Of a stretch of 28,489 nt of DNA, positions 15,529 to 24,454 are shown piece by piece. How positions within the stretch are numbered: position 1 is the first letter of the stretch; the number at the start of each line of letters is the position of its first letter. Below the pieces are notes generated by a model. The model did no database searches. It worked only from the letters and a program-made list of their open reading frames with translations, and was not told where the DNA came from. The stretch is from Bacilli bacterium (GTDB lineage Bacteria > Bacillota_I > Bacilli_A > ML615J-28 > CAG-698). A program made the translations under genes and the position numbers. Where the stretch lies: the NCBI GenBank assembly GCA_016282055.1, contig JAEEJT010000204.1:1-28489 (forward strand), written 5' to 3'.

Positions 15529-15886
15529 AGGTATTGTTATTTATTACACTTGTTTAATCATTGCCGCATTTATGATTATATTCTTTAGCTTGTATACTTT
15601 TAATCTAGAAGGTGATTATACTGGTTTTAGATATATCATAATGAGTTATGCTTTTGGAGGTGTTGTTTCTCTTGGAGCAATTTTTAGAGAAGCATTCTCT
15701 AATAATTTTATAAAAAAGAAACTTATTATTAAAATAATAGTTTTTGTTTTATTTAATATTATTAATGGTGTAGTCTTTATTATTAATCAAGATAATAAAA
15801 TTAGATTATATCAATTATTTGCAAGTTTGATAGAAATGGTTTATATTTTCTATCCAACTGTTGGAAAGGATCAAAATGAAAAATAA
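15515..15886 (+). CDS. Small hypothetical integral membrane protein (about 4 TM)
   Basis: Four hydrophobic stretches; overlaps both neighbours. Confidence 0.7.
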   Translation: MMKNKGIVIYYTCLIIAAFMIIFFSLYTFNLEGDYTGFRYIIMSYAFGGVVSLGAIFREAFSNNFIKKKLIIKIIVFVLFNIINGVVFIINQDNKIRLYQLFASLIEMVYIFYPTVGKDQNEK

Positions 15887-16535
15887 ATATTTAATTTTCT
15901 TTTTGTTTATTTTTTCATTGTTTATGTTTACATCTTGTAAAAATAAAATTGATATTGATAAAGGGAAAGAAGAATTTTATTTAGAGTATTCTTATTATTT
16001 TAATGAAGAGAATACTAATAAACTTGTTAATAGAGAAAAGAATCCTTGGACTTGGTTTGATAAGGATACTTTTAAAGAAGCTATTGATAAGAATAAGGTA
16101 ATTAGTATTAGTTATGATGAGTTTTTAGATTTATTAAACTCTAATAAGAGATTTACAATTTATTTTGGTTTTAAACCAGAATCATATCAATGTCCATATT
16201 GTGTTATTACTTTACCTTATGCTATTAATGCTTGTTGTGAAAATAACCAAGATATGTATTATTTAAATATACGCCCTATGAGAGTTGCTAATGATGCTAA
16301 TACTTTAGATGAACTTGATAAGGCTCATGATTATTTATTAAATCTTGTTAAAGAATCATTTGCTGATTATCCTGAGGATACATTAAAAGCAGCAACATAT
16401 GTAACTTTTGAAAATGGTAAAGCTATTAAATATCATTTATCAACATATCAAGATAGCGAAGGAAATTGGGAAAAGATTTTAACTGATGAAGAAAAATCAA
16501 CTTTAACAAATGACTTTTTAGAGTTATTTAAATAG
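15876..16535 (+). CDS. Lipoprotein with a thioredoxin-like CPYC motif
   Basis: Signal peptide MKNKYLIFFLFIFSLFMFTSC (lipobox Cys), then FTIYFGF...YQCPYC and ATYVTFENGK. RBS AAGGA precedes ATG 15876. Confidence 0.7.
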   Translation: MKNKYLIFFLFIFSLFMFTSCKNKIDIDKGKEEFYLEYSYYFNEENTNKLVNREKNPWTWFDKDTFKEAIDKNKVISISYDEFLDLLNSNKRFTIYFGFKPESYQCPYCVITLPYAINACCENNQDMYYLNIRPMRVANDANTLDELDKAHDYLLNLVKESFADYPEDTLKAATYVTFENGKAIKYHLSTYQDSEGNWEKILTDEEKSTLTNDFLELFK

Positions 16536-16545
16536 TTTAAATTAT

Positions 16546-16578
16546 GCTACATTTGAATTATTCATTTGTAGCTTTTTT
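16546..16578 (+). terminator. Probable intrinsic terminator
   Basis: GCTACA...TGTAGC stem with an internal mismatch and an inner TGAA/TTCA pairing, followed by TTTTTT. Confidence 0.55.
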
Positions 16579-16607
16579 AATTACATCTTTAAAAATAAAG
16601 CTATTTG

Positions 16608-16616
16608 TGGTACAAT
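16608..16616 (+). promoter_or_regulatory. Extended -10 promoter for the tsaE operon
   Basis: TG-G-TACAAT upstream of GGTGA and ATG 16640. Confidence 0.5.
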
Positions 16617-16639
16617 ATATAAGAAATTATGGTGAAGAT

Positions 16640-17083
16640 ATGAAAAAAGAAATAATTATAAATAGTGATAATTTAATGCAAGAACTTGGTGAAAAGATTG
16701 GTAGATTATGTTTTCCTAATACTTTAATTACTATGGAAGGTGATTTAGGTGCTGGAAAGACTACTATGACTAAAGGTATTGGGAAAGGTCTTGATATTAA
16801 AAGAGTTATTAACTCACCAACGTTTACTATTATGAAAATATATGAAGGTAGACTTACTTTATATCATATGGATGTATATCGTATTGATGAGAATAGTGGA
16901 GATGACTATCTTGAAGAGTATTTTCAAAATGGTGGAGTATGTGTTATTGAGTGGGCTGGTAATATTGAAGGTATGATTAAAGATAATCATATGAAAATAA
17001 ATATCCTTATTAATAAAGATAATTCTCGTAAAGTAATTATTGAAGGAAATAACGAGTATGAAAGGATTATAGATAAGTTATGA
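16640..17083 (+). CDS. tsaE: tRNA t6A biosynthesis ATPase TsaE
   Basis: GDLGAGKTT, SPTF, YHMDVYRI and IEWA. Start moved to ATG 16640. Confidence 0.95.
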   Translation: MKKEIIINSDNLMQELGEKIGRLCFPNTLITMEGDLGAGKTTMTKGIGKGLDIKRVINSPTFTIMKIYEGRLTLYHMDVYRIDENSGDDYLEEYFQNGGVCVIEWAGNIEGMIKDNHMKINILINKDNSRKVIIEGNNEYERIIDKL

Positions 17084-17670
17084 AAAGTATATTAATTGAT
17101 ACTTCTACGAATAATCTATTTGTATCATTTTATGATGATACAAATAAAGAAAGAATATATTTTAGTAATATTTTAAGTCATAATAATCATAGTGAAAATA
17201 TTATTAATGTTATTGAAGAAGGGTTAAAAACAAATAACCTTGAAGTAAAAGATTTTGATAATGTTATTTTAGGATATGGGCCTGGTAGTTATACTGGTTT
17301 AAGAGTTGGTATGACTGTTGGTAAAATGATCAGTTATTTACTTAATAAAAATCTTTATGTTATTTCTAGTTTAAGTTTTGTTAGTAGTGGTTATTTTGAT
17401 AAAGATGGAATATATGCTATCTATAATGTTGCTAAGAAAGATTATTGTTACTGTAAAGTTGTTGAAGTTAAGAATGGTAATGTAAATATTCTTGAAGATG
17501 ATAAATTTATTACTGATTGTGAATTTAATGATTTAGTTAGTAAATATAATGCTAAAGTTATAAATCAAGATAATTATTTAATTAACGAAGAAGAAATTAA
17601 AAAACAAATGGTTTTAGTTGATAATATTCATGATTTAGTTCCTAACTATTTAAGAAAGGCAAATTCATGA
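17080..17670 (+). CDS. tsaB: tRNA t6A biosynthesis protein TsaB
   Basis: ILIDTS, HSE and GPGSYTGLRVG; conserved context. Confidence 0.93.
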   Translation: MKSILIDTSTNNLFVSFYDDTNKERIYFSNILSHNNHSENIINVIEEGLKTNNLEVKDFDNVILGYGPGSYTGLRVGMTVGKMISYLLNKNLYVISSLSFVSSGYFDKDGIYAIYNVAKKDYCYCKVVEVKNGNVNILEDDKFITDCEFNDLVSKYNAKVINQDNYLINEEEIKKQMVLVDNIHDLVPNYLRKANS

Positions 17671-18110
17671 AATATAATATAAGACAAATGGAAATTGAAG
17701 ATATTAACACTATTATTAAACTTGAAGAAGATATCTTCAAAGAGTCTTTAGGATATGATATGTTATATAGTGAGTTAAAACTTAATCCTTATGCATATTA
17801 TTTTATTCTAGAGATTGATGATGAAATTAAAGGTTATATTGGAACTTGGATTGAAGAAGGTCATAGTGAGATTATTAACTTTTTAGTTGACAAAGAATAT
17901 CAACATCAAGGATATGGATCTATTATGCTTGATTTTGTTATTAATCTTGTTAAGATGAGTAATGTTCCTAATATTAGTTTAGAAGTTAGAAGTTCTAATG
18001 AGAATGCTATTAAACTTTATAATAAGTTTGGTTTTAAGTATTCTCATACAAGAAAAGAATACTATAGCAATAAAGAAGATGCTTTAGTAATGATTTTGGA
18101 GGTAAAATAA
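17667..18110 (+). CDS. rimI: Ribosomal-protein-alanine N-acetyltransferase (GNAT)
   Basis: YQHQGYG, ISLEVRSSNENAIKLYNKFGF and YYSNKEDALVM; located between tsaB and tsaD. Confidence 0.88.
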   Translation: MKYNIRQMEIEDINTIIKLEEDIFKESLGYDMLYSELKLNPYAYYFILEIDDEIKGYIGTWIEEGHSEIINFLVDKEYQHQGYGSIMLDFVINLVKMSNVPNISLEVRSSNENAIKLYNKFGFKYSHTRKEYYSNKEDALVMILEVK

Positions 18111-19066
18111 TGCTTGTTTTAGGTGTTGAAACTAGTTGTGATGAAACAAGTGTAAGTATTGTAAGAGATGGTAAAGAGGTATTAGCTAATACAATATACA
18201 CTCAAATAGATATACATAAATTATATGGTGGTGTTGTACCAGAAGTTGCTAGTCGTCATCATTTAAGAAAGATTACATATGTTTTTAGTGAATGTTTTAA
18301 AGAAGCAGGATGTAAACCTGAAGATATTGATTTAGTATGTGTTACAACTCATCCCGGTTTAATAGGATCTTTACTTGTTGGCATTAATGCTGCAAAAACA
18401 TTTGCTCTATGTTTTAATAAAAAACTAATTGAAGTAGATCATATAGTAGGTCATATTTATGCTAATTACATCGAACATGACTTTAAGTTTCCAATGATAG
18501 CTTTAGTTGTAAGTGGTGGTCATACTGAACTCGTCTTAATGAAAAAACATTATGATTTTACTGTTTTAGGTGAAACATTAGATGATGCGGTTGGTGAAAG
18601 TTATGATAAAGTTGGTAGAGTTATGAATCTTGAGTATCCTGCTGGAGCTAAAGTTGATAAACTTGCTCATGAAGGATCTCCTACTTATGATTTACCAATT
18701 CCATATGTTAATAAAGATAGTTATGACTTTAGCTTTAGTGGTTTAAAGAGTGCTGTTTTAAATTTAAGTAATAAAGCTAAAATGAAACATGAAGAACTTG
18801 ATTTAAAGAATTTAGCAAGTTCATTTCAAAATAGTGTCGTTAGAGTTTTAACTGATAAGACAATCAAAGCTTGTCTTGAGTATAATGTTAAACAGGTTGT
18901 TATTGCTGGTGGTGTTGCTGCTAATAGAGGTTTAAGAGAAACTTTAATGACTGAAGCTAGTGAAAAGGGAATTGAGGTATGTTTCCCTAAGATGGTTTAT
19001 TGTACTGATAATGCGGCGATGATTGCTGTTGCCGGTTATTTTAAATATCTTGAGGAAAATAACTAA
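18110..19066 (+). CDS. tsaD: tRNA N6-adenosine threonylcarbamoyltransferase
   Basis: LGVETSCDETS, GGVVPEVASRHH, HIVGH, SGGHT, DDAVGESYDK, FSFSGLKS and CTDNAAMIA. Confidence 0.97.
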   Translation: MLVLGVETSCDETSVSIVRDGKEVLANTIYTQIDIHKLYGGVVPEVASRHHLRKITYVFSECFKEAGCKPEDIDLVCVTTHPGLIGSLLVGINAAKTFALCFNKKLIEVDHIVGHIYANYIEHDFKFPMIALVVSGGHTELVLMKKHYDFTVLGETLDDAVGESYDKVGRVMNLEYPAGAKVDKLAHEGSPTYDLPIPYVNKDSYDFSFSGLKSAVLNLSNKAKMKHEELDLKNLASSFQNSVVRVLTDKTIKACLEYNVKQVVIAGGVAANRGLRETLMTEASEKGIEVCFPKMVYCTDNAAMIAVAGYFKYLEENN

Positions 19067-19093
19067 ATTATATAATTTGTAAATAATTTTATA

Positions 19094-19122
19094 TTGTAAA
19101 AATGTATTTTTTAAGGTATAAT
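19094..19122 (+). promoter_or_regulatory. SigA promoter
   Basis: TTGTAA (19094-19099), 17-bp spacer, TATAAT (19117-19122). RBS GGAGG at 19142-19146. Confidence 0.65.
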
Positions 19123-19151
19123 ATAGTAGTTGTTATACATTGGAGGATAAT

Positions 19152-20459
19152 ATGAAGAAAAGATTAATAGGTTTTCTAGTAATTATATTATGTGCATTTG
19201 TACTTGTTGGCTGTGGCAAAGGTAATTCATACAAAGTATGGAGTAATTATGTCAAAGCTGTTAATAAAGGCAATATTACACAAGTTGCTGAAACTTTCTA
19301 TGATAAGAAGACTGAAGCTACTAACTATGAAACATTTATTTCAGATAATACTTATCTTAATGATTTAAAGAAAGTTAAGACTTTAAAGTATGAAGAAGAT
19401 ATTTGCTGTGATTTTTCTAGTCAAACTATGAGAGTTGCATATTATCATGCCAATGTTGAGGCTGAGATTACAACAACATCTGGAAAAGAAAAAGGAAGTT
19501 TTGAATTATACTATTATGAAAATGCTAATGGTATATTCTTCTGTACTCCAGTTGAATTAGTTGATTCTAATAATCTTGGTAATAAGAGTAATACATATTA
19601 TGATCAAAAAGTATATATGACAGAAAAAGATTATAGTTATCGTGAAGAAGAAGATAAAGTAATTTACATTTCTCAAAACAATAATGTAAAAGATTTAGTT
19701 ATTCCTGAAACTATTAATAATAAACCTGTTACTGAAATTGCTGAATATGCATGCTTTAAATATAATAAGATTTTATGTTTTACACTTAGAAGTAGTAAAA
19801 TGACTAGTGTAAAAATTCCTGCAACTGTTGAAACTATTGGTAAATATGCTTTCTATCAATGTGTTAAACTTCAAAGTCTAGATATTCCATCTTCTGTTAA
19901 TTATATTGATAGAATGGCATTTTCTGGATGCAAGAGTATTAAAGAAGTTGTATTTGAACATGAAACAAATAATGTAAGTTATGATATTATTCCTAGTGTT
20001 TCTACTGGTGTTATTAATATTAATAATGCTAGAAACTTACTTGTTGGTGATATTATGATATTAACTACAGATGATGATTCTATAGTATTAGAATGGAGTG
20101 TAAGTGATACAGGTGTTGCATCAATTGATGCTTCTACTGGTAAACTTACAGCAAGAAATGCTGGAACTGTTACTATTACAGCTTGTCAAAAGACAAATCC
20201 TAATAATAATTGTCAAGTTACTATTACAGTATCAACTCCAGATGTTTTATGTAAGATATCTAGTGATGCTTTTAATAGACTTGATAAGTTAGAAAAATTA
20301 ACATTAAAAGCAACAAACCCAACAACCATTAAAATTGATGGTTCTGTTTCTTTTGCATTAAATAAAACTTGTAAGATTTATATTCCTAAAGGAAGTATGG
20401 ATTCTTATCTTGCAAGTGATGCTTGGAAAGCATATGCAGGTCAACTTGTTGAATATTAA
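19152..20459 (+). CDS. Surface lipoprotein with BspA-type leucine-rich repeats (LRR_5) and a bacterial Ig-like (Big_2) domain
   Basis: Lipobox VLVGC. LRR units DLVIPETI..VTEIAEYAC, SVKIPATVETIGKYAF and SLDIPSSVNYIDRMAF. Ig segment LEWSVSDTGVASID..GKLTARNAGTVTITA. Confidence 0.85.
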   Translation: MKKRLIGFLVIILCAFVLVGCGKGNSYKVWSNYVKAVNKGNITQVAETFYDKKTEATNYETFISDNTYLNDLKKVKTLKYEEDICCDFSSQTMRVAYYHANVEAEITTTSGKEKGSFELYYYENANGIFFCTPVELVDSNNLGNKSNTYYDQKVYMTEKDYSYREEEDKVIYISQNNNVKDLVIPETINNKPVTEIAEYACFKYNKILCFTLRSSKMTSVKIPATVETIGKYAFYQCVKLQSLDIPSSVNYIDRMAFSGCKSIKEVVFEHETNNVSYDIIPSVSTGVININNARNLLVGDIMILTTDDDSIVLEWSVSDTGVASIDASTGKLTARNAGTVTITACQKTNPNNNCQVTITVSTPDVLCKISSDAFNRLDKLEKLTLKATNPTTIKIDGSVSFALNKTCKIYIPKGSMDSYLASDAWKAYAGQLVEY

Positions 20460-20464
20460 TAACT

Positions 20465-20495
20465 AATAGGTTAGTTTAATACTAACCTATTTTTT
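20465..20495 (+). terminator. Intrinsic terminator
   Basis: Stem AATAGGTTAGT / ACTAACCTATT, 5-nt loop, T-run. Confidence 0.88.
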
Positions 20496-20752
20496 ATGCC
20501 CAAAATTTAAGATATATTATAAATGCTATTTATATTATTACACATTCATTTTGTATATAAAAATAGATTATAGAAGAAAATAGATATCTAATTTTTAAAT
20601 TTATATATATTTTAAAAGAAGTAAGAAATTATTATCAAGAACAAAATATTTTAATACTGTTAGATCGTTTTTATTTAGGATATTTTTATTTAATAATTTA
20701 AAATGTAATTTTTTATAAAATTTATACAAATATAATTTATTTTTGTGTTGTA

Positions 20753-20781
20753 TTGAAAATAGACCTCTTTTGTGCTATAAT
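20753..20781 (+). promoter_or_regulatory. SigA promoter for the 20804-28489+ operon
   Basis: TTGAAA (20753-20758), 17-bp spacer, TG-C-TATAAT (-10 at 20776-20781). AAGGA precedes ATG 20804. Confidence 0.7.
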
Positions 20782-20803
20782 GGTTTTAATAAGGATGAAA
20801 TAA

Positions 20804-21772
20804 ATGAGTAACTTTAGATTTAGACCGAATAAAAAAGAGTACATATTTGAAAAAGATCTTAAAGGTAATACTGTCAAAAAGACTATTTTATTTACTCTTG
20901 AGGATTATGCAATGGATAATCATGATGCAATGACTAATCCATTCTTATATCGTAATAAAGAGCATATATTAATGTCTATTGAGGATTTTGCTACTTTTTA
21001 TAAACCTGGTCTATTTAAGAAGAAAAAAGTTGTTTATCTTAGAAGTGTTATTCGTAATGAAAATATAAGTAAATTTAGAAGATGGCATGAATTTAAAAAG
21101 TTCGTTAATAATTCTAAGAATGATTATTTAGAGACATTATCGAATATTAAACTTAAAAAGATTCAAACTGAAACAAATTTTAGTTTAGTTAAAAAAGTTA
21201 GGGTTAATAACTTTTTAAAAATAATAGCTTTTATTGTTATTATATTTAATCTAATATTTACTTTATTTTATGATTTCTTTAAATGGAATTTATTTTCAAA
21301 AACTTTCTTAAAAGGAGTTTATAATAAGTTAAGTATTTATAGTAGTAAAATGTTACCTATATTTATAATATCTGTTTGCTTAACTATTATATATTTACTT
21401 TATAAGTTTTTGTTTTTAAATTCTTTTATGTTTAAAGTGCATAGACAAAAAAATATCTTTGCAAGGTTTAATACAAATTATAAAAAATCAATAAAAGAGT
21501 TTAAAAAAGGTTATAGAAAACTTTATATGTATTATAAAAGGGCAATACATTCTCATACATTATATTTCCCTTGTTATGATATGAATGCTATTTGGTCATT
21601 AAAGATTAATTACTATTCTTTACTTGAAATTAATGACGATATTGAAAAAGTTGGTATTAAGATTATTAAGATACGTAGAACTAATAAACTTATTGTATCT
21701 TTAATGTATTTATTAATGGTTGGTTTAAATGTATTTTTATTGGTTAAAACAATCATTTTATTATTTAATTGA
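20804..21772 (+). CDS. Hypothetical lysine-rich membrane protein (about 3 TM)
   Basis: 322-aa ORF with a promoter and RBS. Hydrophobic segments near aa 138-160, 185-208 and 298-322. No recognised motif. Confidence 0.75.
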   Translation: MSNFRFRPNKKEYIFEKDLKGNTVKKTILFTLEDYAMDNHDAMTNPFLYRNKEHILMSIEDFATFYKPGLFKKKKVVYLRSVIRNENISKFRRWHEFKKFVNNSKNDYLETLSNIKLKKIQTETNFSLVKKVRVNNFLKIIAFIVIIFNLIFTLFYDFFKWNLFSKTFLKGVYNKLSIYSSKMLPIFIISVCLTIIYLLYKFLFLNSFMFKVHRQKNIFARFNTNYKKSIKEFKKGYRKLYMYYKRAIHSHTLYFPCYDMNAIWSLKINYYSLLEINDDIEKVGIKIIKIRRTNKLIVSLMYLLMVGLNVFLLVKTIILLFN

Positions 21773-21793
21773 AAGGATAATTAGGAATTTAAA

Positions 21794-23794
21794 ATGGAAC
21801 AAAACAAAGAAGAATTACAAAAAGAAACTAAAAAACCAGCTGTTAAGAAGTTAACTGATGCCGAAAAAGAAAAGTTAAAAGAAAAAGAACGTCTTGCTAA
21901 AGAAAAAGCTAAAGCTAAAGAGAAAGAAAAATTAGCTAAAGAGAAAGAAAAGCAAAAAGAGAAAGAAAAACTAGCAAGAGAAAAAGAGAAAGCAAAAGAG
22001 AAAGAACGTTTAGCTAAGGAAAAAGAAAAACAAAAAGAGAAAGAAAGATTAGCTAAAGAAAAAGAGAAAGCAAAACAAAAAGAACGTCTTTCTAAAGAAA
22101 AAGCTAAAGAAAAGGAAAAGCTAGCAAAAGAAAAACAAACTAAACCTAAAACTATTGTTAAGAAAGATGATAGTTTAAGTAAAAAGATTATTATTGAACC
22201 GGAAAAGAAGAAATCTTTAGAAGATATTGTTAAACATGATAATAAAGAAGTTAAAGATAAAGAAAATGATAAACCACTTGATCATGTTGAAATATTAAGA
22301 AAGAAGATGGAAGCTCAGAAGAAGTTAAATGAAACTCCTATTGAGAAGAAAGATAATGATATTATTACTAAACTTCAAAAGGTTAGTGTTGATGATGATG
22401 TTGAAGTAAGTAATGATAATAATGAAGAAGCTAACTTAAAAGAGCAAATTGAATTATTAACAAAACAATTATCTGAAAAAGATGAAGTTATAAATAAAAC
22501 TAATGCTGAGTTAAATGATAAGATATCTGAACTTACAATTCTTACAAACTCTATTGCATCTAAAACTACTGAAGCTGAATTATTGAAGAAAATTGATGAG
22601 TTAAAAGCTGAAAATGAAAAATTAAAGAATAATAAAGTAGTTGAAGTAAGTAATGAGGTTAAAGAAGAAGCTGTTAAGAAAGAAGCAACTCCTATTGATA
22701 TTAATAGTGATTTAGTAAAAGATATTGTTAGTAAAGGTGATATCTTATTACGTATAAAACTATTAAATGAAAGAATTGCTGAAAAAGATGCTCAAATTAA
22801 AATTGTTGAGGATGAACTTAATAGTTTAAGTGAAGAAGATATTGTTGCAATTGAATTTAAAAAACAAATTAATTCTATTAGAGATAGTAGAAATGAATTT
22901 GTAAAGAATGCAAATGATGAACTTGTAATATTATCTAATCAAATTAAACAAACTGAAGAAAACTTACTTACTAAGAAAAGAAGTCTTGCTAGTAAGAAGG
23001 AAGAAATTAGTGCATTTGATGAAAATATTAAGACTCAAAGATTATCATATGCTGAAAAAGATGAACAATTAAGTATTAGATCTAGAATGTATGCTGAATG
23101 TGATGCTTTATCTGTTGATGTTAGTATATATGATGAAGAGTTTAAAAAGTTATGTAGTAGATATAAAAAGATTTTATCATTCTCTGAAGAAAAAGCTAAT
23201 GAGTTTAATGAACTTGAAACTAATTTAATTTCTTTATATTTAAAGAAACTTAAAGATGAAAAAGTTGAAAATGATGAGAATTATAAAGAATCTATTGAAG
23301 AACGTGATAACTTACTTAATGAACTTAATAATTTAAATCAAATATATGAACAAATTAAAGATATTAAACAAGCTGAGATAAATGTAAGTACTGATGAACT
23401 TCAAAAAGCTTTTGCTAAGGTTTGTGGAAAACTTAGTAAAATTGATACATGCCTTGAAGAAAGAACATGTGTTGAAGAAGTTTTAAGAACTGTTGATCCT
23501 GAAGTTTCTGCTTATTTAAATGCTTTTAATGAAAAAGAAATTATTCTTTATAACATTAATGATAAGAAATCCAAGATGACAAATGAAAACAAACAAAGAT
23601 TTGAATTAATCATTAATGATGATAATGAAAAGATTAGTTATCTTGATGGTATTATTCAAAATTATGAGAATAATGAAAAAGTACTTTTCTATAAGAATTT
23701 AATTAAGAGTATTGAAGAACTTAAAGATAAAAGAAAAGTATTTGCATCAAAAGCAGATGAACTTAAAGAACAAATTAAGGCATTAAATAAATGA
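21794..23794 (+). CDS. Long coiled-coil protein with an N-terminal charged tandem repeat
   Basis: 666 aa, K/E-rich with heptad-like L/I spacing; no NTPase motif seen. Confidence 0.8.
   Translation: MEQNKEELQKETKKPAVKKLTDAEKEKLKEKERLAKEKAKAKEKEKLAKEKEKQKEKEKLAREKEKAKEKERLAKEKEKQKEKERLAKEKEKAKQKERLSKEKAKEKEKLAKEKQTKPKTIVKKDDSLSKKIIIEPEKKKSLEDIVKHDNKEVKDKENDKPLDHVEILRKKMEAQKKLNETPIEKKDNDIITKLQKVSVDDDVEVSNDNNEEANLKEQIELLTKQLSEKDEVINKTNAELNDKISELTILTNSIASKTTEAELLKKIDELKAENEKLKNNKVVEVSNEVKEEAVKKEATPIDINSDLVKDIVSKGDILLRIKLLNERIAEKDAQIKIVEDELNSLSEEDIVAIEFKKQINSIRDSRNEFVKNANDELVILSNQIKQTEENLLTKKRSLASKKEEISAFDENIKTQRLSYAEKDEQLSIRSRMYAECDALSVDVSIYDEEFKKLCSRYKKILSFSEEKANEFNELETNLISLYLKKLKDEKVENDENYKESIEERDNLLNELNNLNQIYEQIKDIKQAEINVSTDELQKAFAKVCGKLSKIDTCLEERTCVEEVLRTVDPEVSAYLNAFNEKEIILYNINDKKSKMTNENKQRFELIINDDNEKISYLDGIIQNYENNEKVLFYKNLIKSIEELKDKRKVFASKADELKEQIKALNK
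21878..22138 (+). repeat. Coding tandem repeat, 13-aa (39-bp) unit KEKE(R/K)LA(K/R)EK(E/A)K(A/Q), five full copies plus two 11-aa copies
   Basis: KEKERLAKEKAKA, KEKEKLAKEKEKQ, KEKEKLAREKEKA, KEKERLAKEKEKQ, KEKERLAKEKEKA, KQKERLSKEKA, KEKEKLAKEKQ. Confidence 0.9.
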
Positions 23795-24450
23795 ATATAA
23801 AGATTGATAAAAGTATTTTAGATATTGTTCCTTGTTTTGATGTTACTGCTTTATATTTTGAAGCAGAGTGTAAAGAAACAAGTGATGATATTAAAAACTT
23901 AATAAAACAATATGAAAAGAAAATTAACGAGGAATATTCTTTAGAGGAATTATTGAATATTCCTCTTATTAAAGAGGCAAGAGATAGTTATAAAAAGTTT
24001 GGTAAAGATCCTAGTAGATATCGACTTGCTGTTGAATCATTGTTTCGTAGAATCATAAAAGGTAATGAATTATATATCATAAATAATCTTGTTGATATAG
24101 GAAATGTATTAAGTCTTGATTGTATGAGAAGTACAGCAGTACTTGATTATGATAAGATAGATGGAGATATATTAATTCGTTTAGGTAAAGAAACTGATGA
24201 ATATTATGGTATTGGAAGAGGTTTAATTAATATAACAAATATCCCTCTTTATGAAGATAACACTAGTCCATTTGGTTCTACAACGAGTGATACAATAAGA
24301 ACATCTATTACTGATAGTACTAAAAAAGTATTAGTATTTATAATATCTTTTGGTATAGATAATAAGAATCGTGATTTAAATAAAGCAATAGAATTATTTA
24401 GTAAATATTGCGATGCTAAAAATATTAAATTATTAGAAGTGAAAAGGTAA
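23791..24450 (+). CDS. Stand-alone B3/4 domain protein (PheRS-beta editing-domain-like)
   Basis: YKKFGKDPSRYRLAVESLFRR, INNLVDIGN, LDYDKIDG and PFGSTTSD. Confidence 0.85.
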   Translation: MNIKIDKSILDIVPCFDVTALYFEAECKETSDDIKNLIKQYEKKINEEYSLEELLNIPLIKEARDSYKKFGKDPSRYRLAVESLFRRIIKGNELYIINNLVDIGNVLSLDCMRSTAVLDYDKIDGDILIRLGKETDEYYGIGRGLINITNIPLYEDNTSPFGSTTSDTIRTSITDSTKKVLVFIISFGIDNKNRDLNKAIELFSKYCDAKNIKLLEVKR

Positions 24451-24454
24451 ATAT

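Noticed and set aside
16544-16639. N-terminal extension of TsaE (likewise the extensions at 11187, 12569, 14779, 15861 and 19140)
   Set aside because: These extensions run through terminators, promoters or upstream genes. Downstream ATGs have better RBSs or match the expected family N-termini.
16640-19066. tsaE-tsaB-rimI-tsaD cluster as novel
   Set aside because: This is the standard Bacillota arrangement.
19065-19078. 14-bp palindrome AAATTATATAATTT after tsaD
   Set aside because: A/T only, too weak for a terminator and expected by chance in this composition.
20104-20292. 62-aa alternative-frame ORF
   Set aside because: Out-of-frame overlap within the LRR/Ig lipoprotein; the Leu/Gln-rich composition is typical of a frame shadow.
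20496-20752. AT-rich 250-bp gap: possible small ORF, sRNA or riboswitch
   Set aside because: The only open stretch (about 45 codons) lacks a start codon and RBS, and I see no stable structure or known leader motif. It cannot be excluded without RNA data.
21878-22138. Repeat region as a CRISPR array or DNA-level VNTR
   Set aside because: The units are contiguous without spacers, lie in a coding frame, and diverge at synonymous positions.
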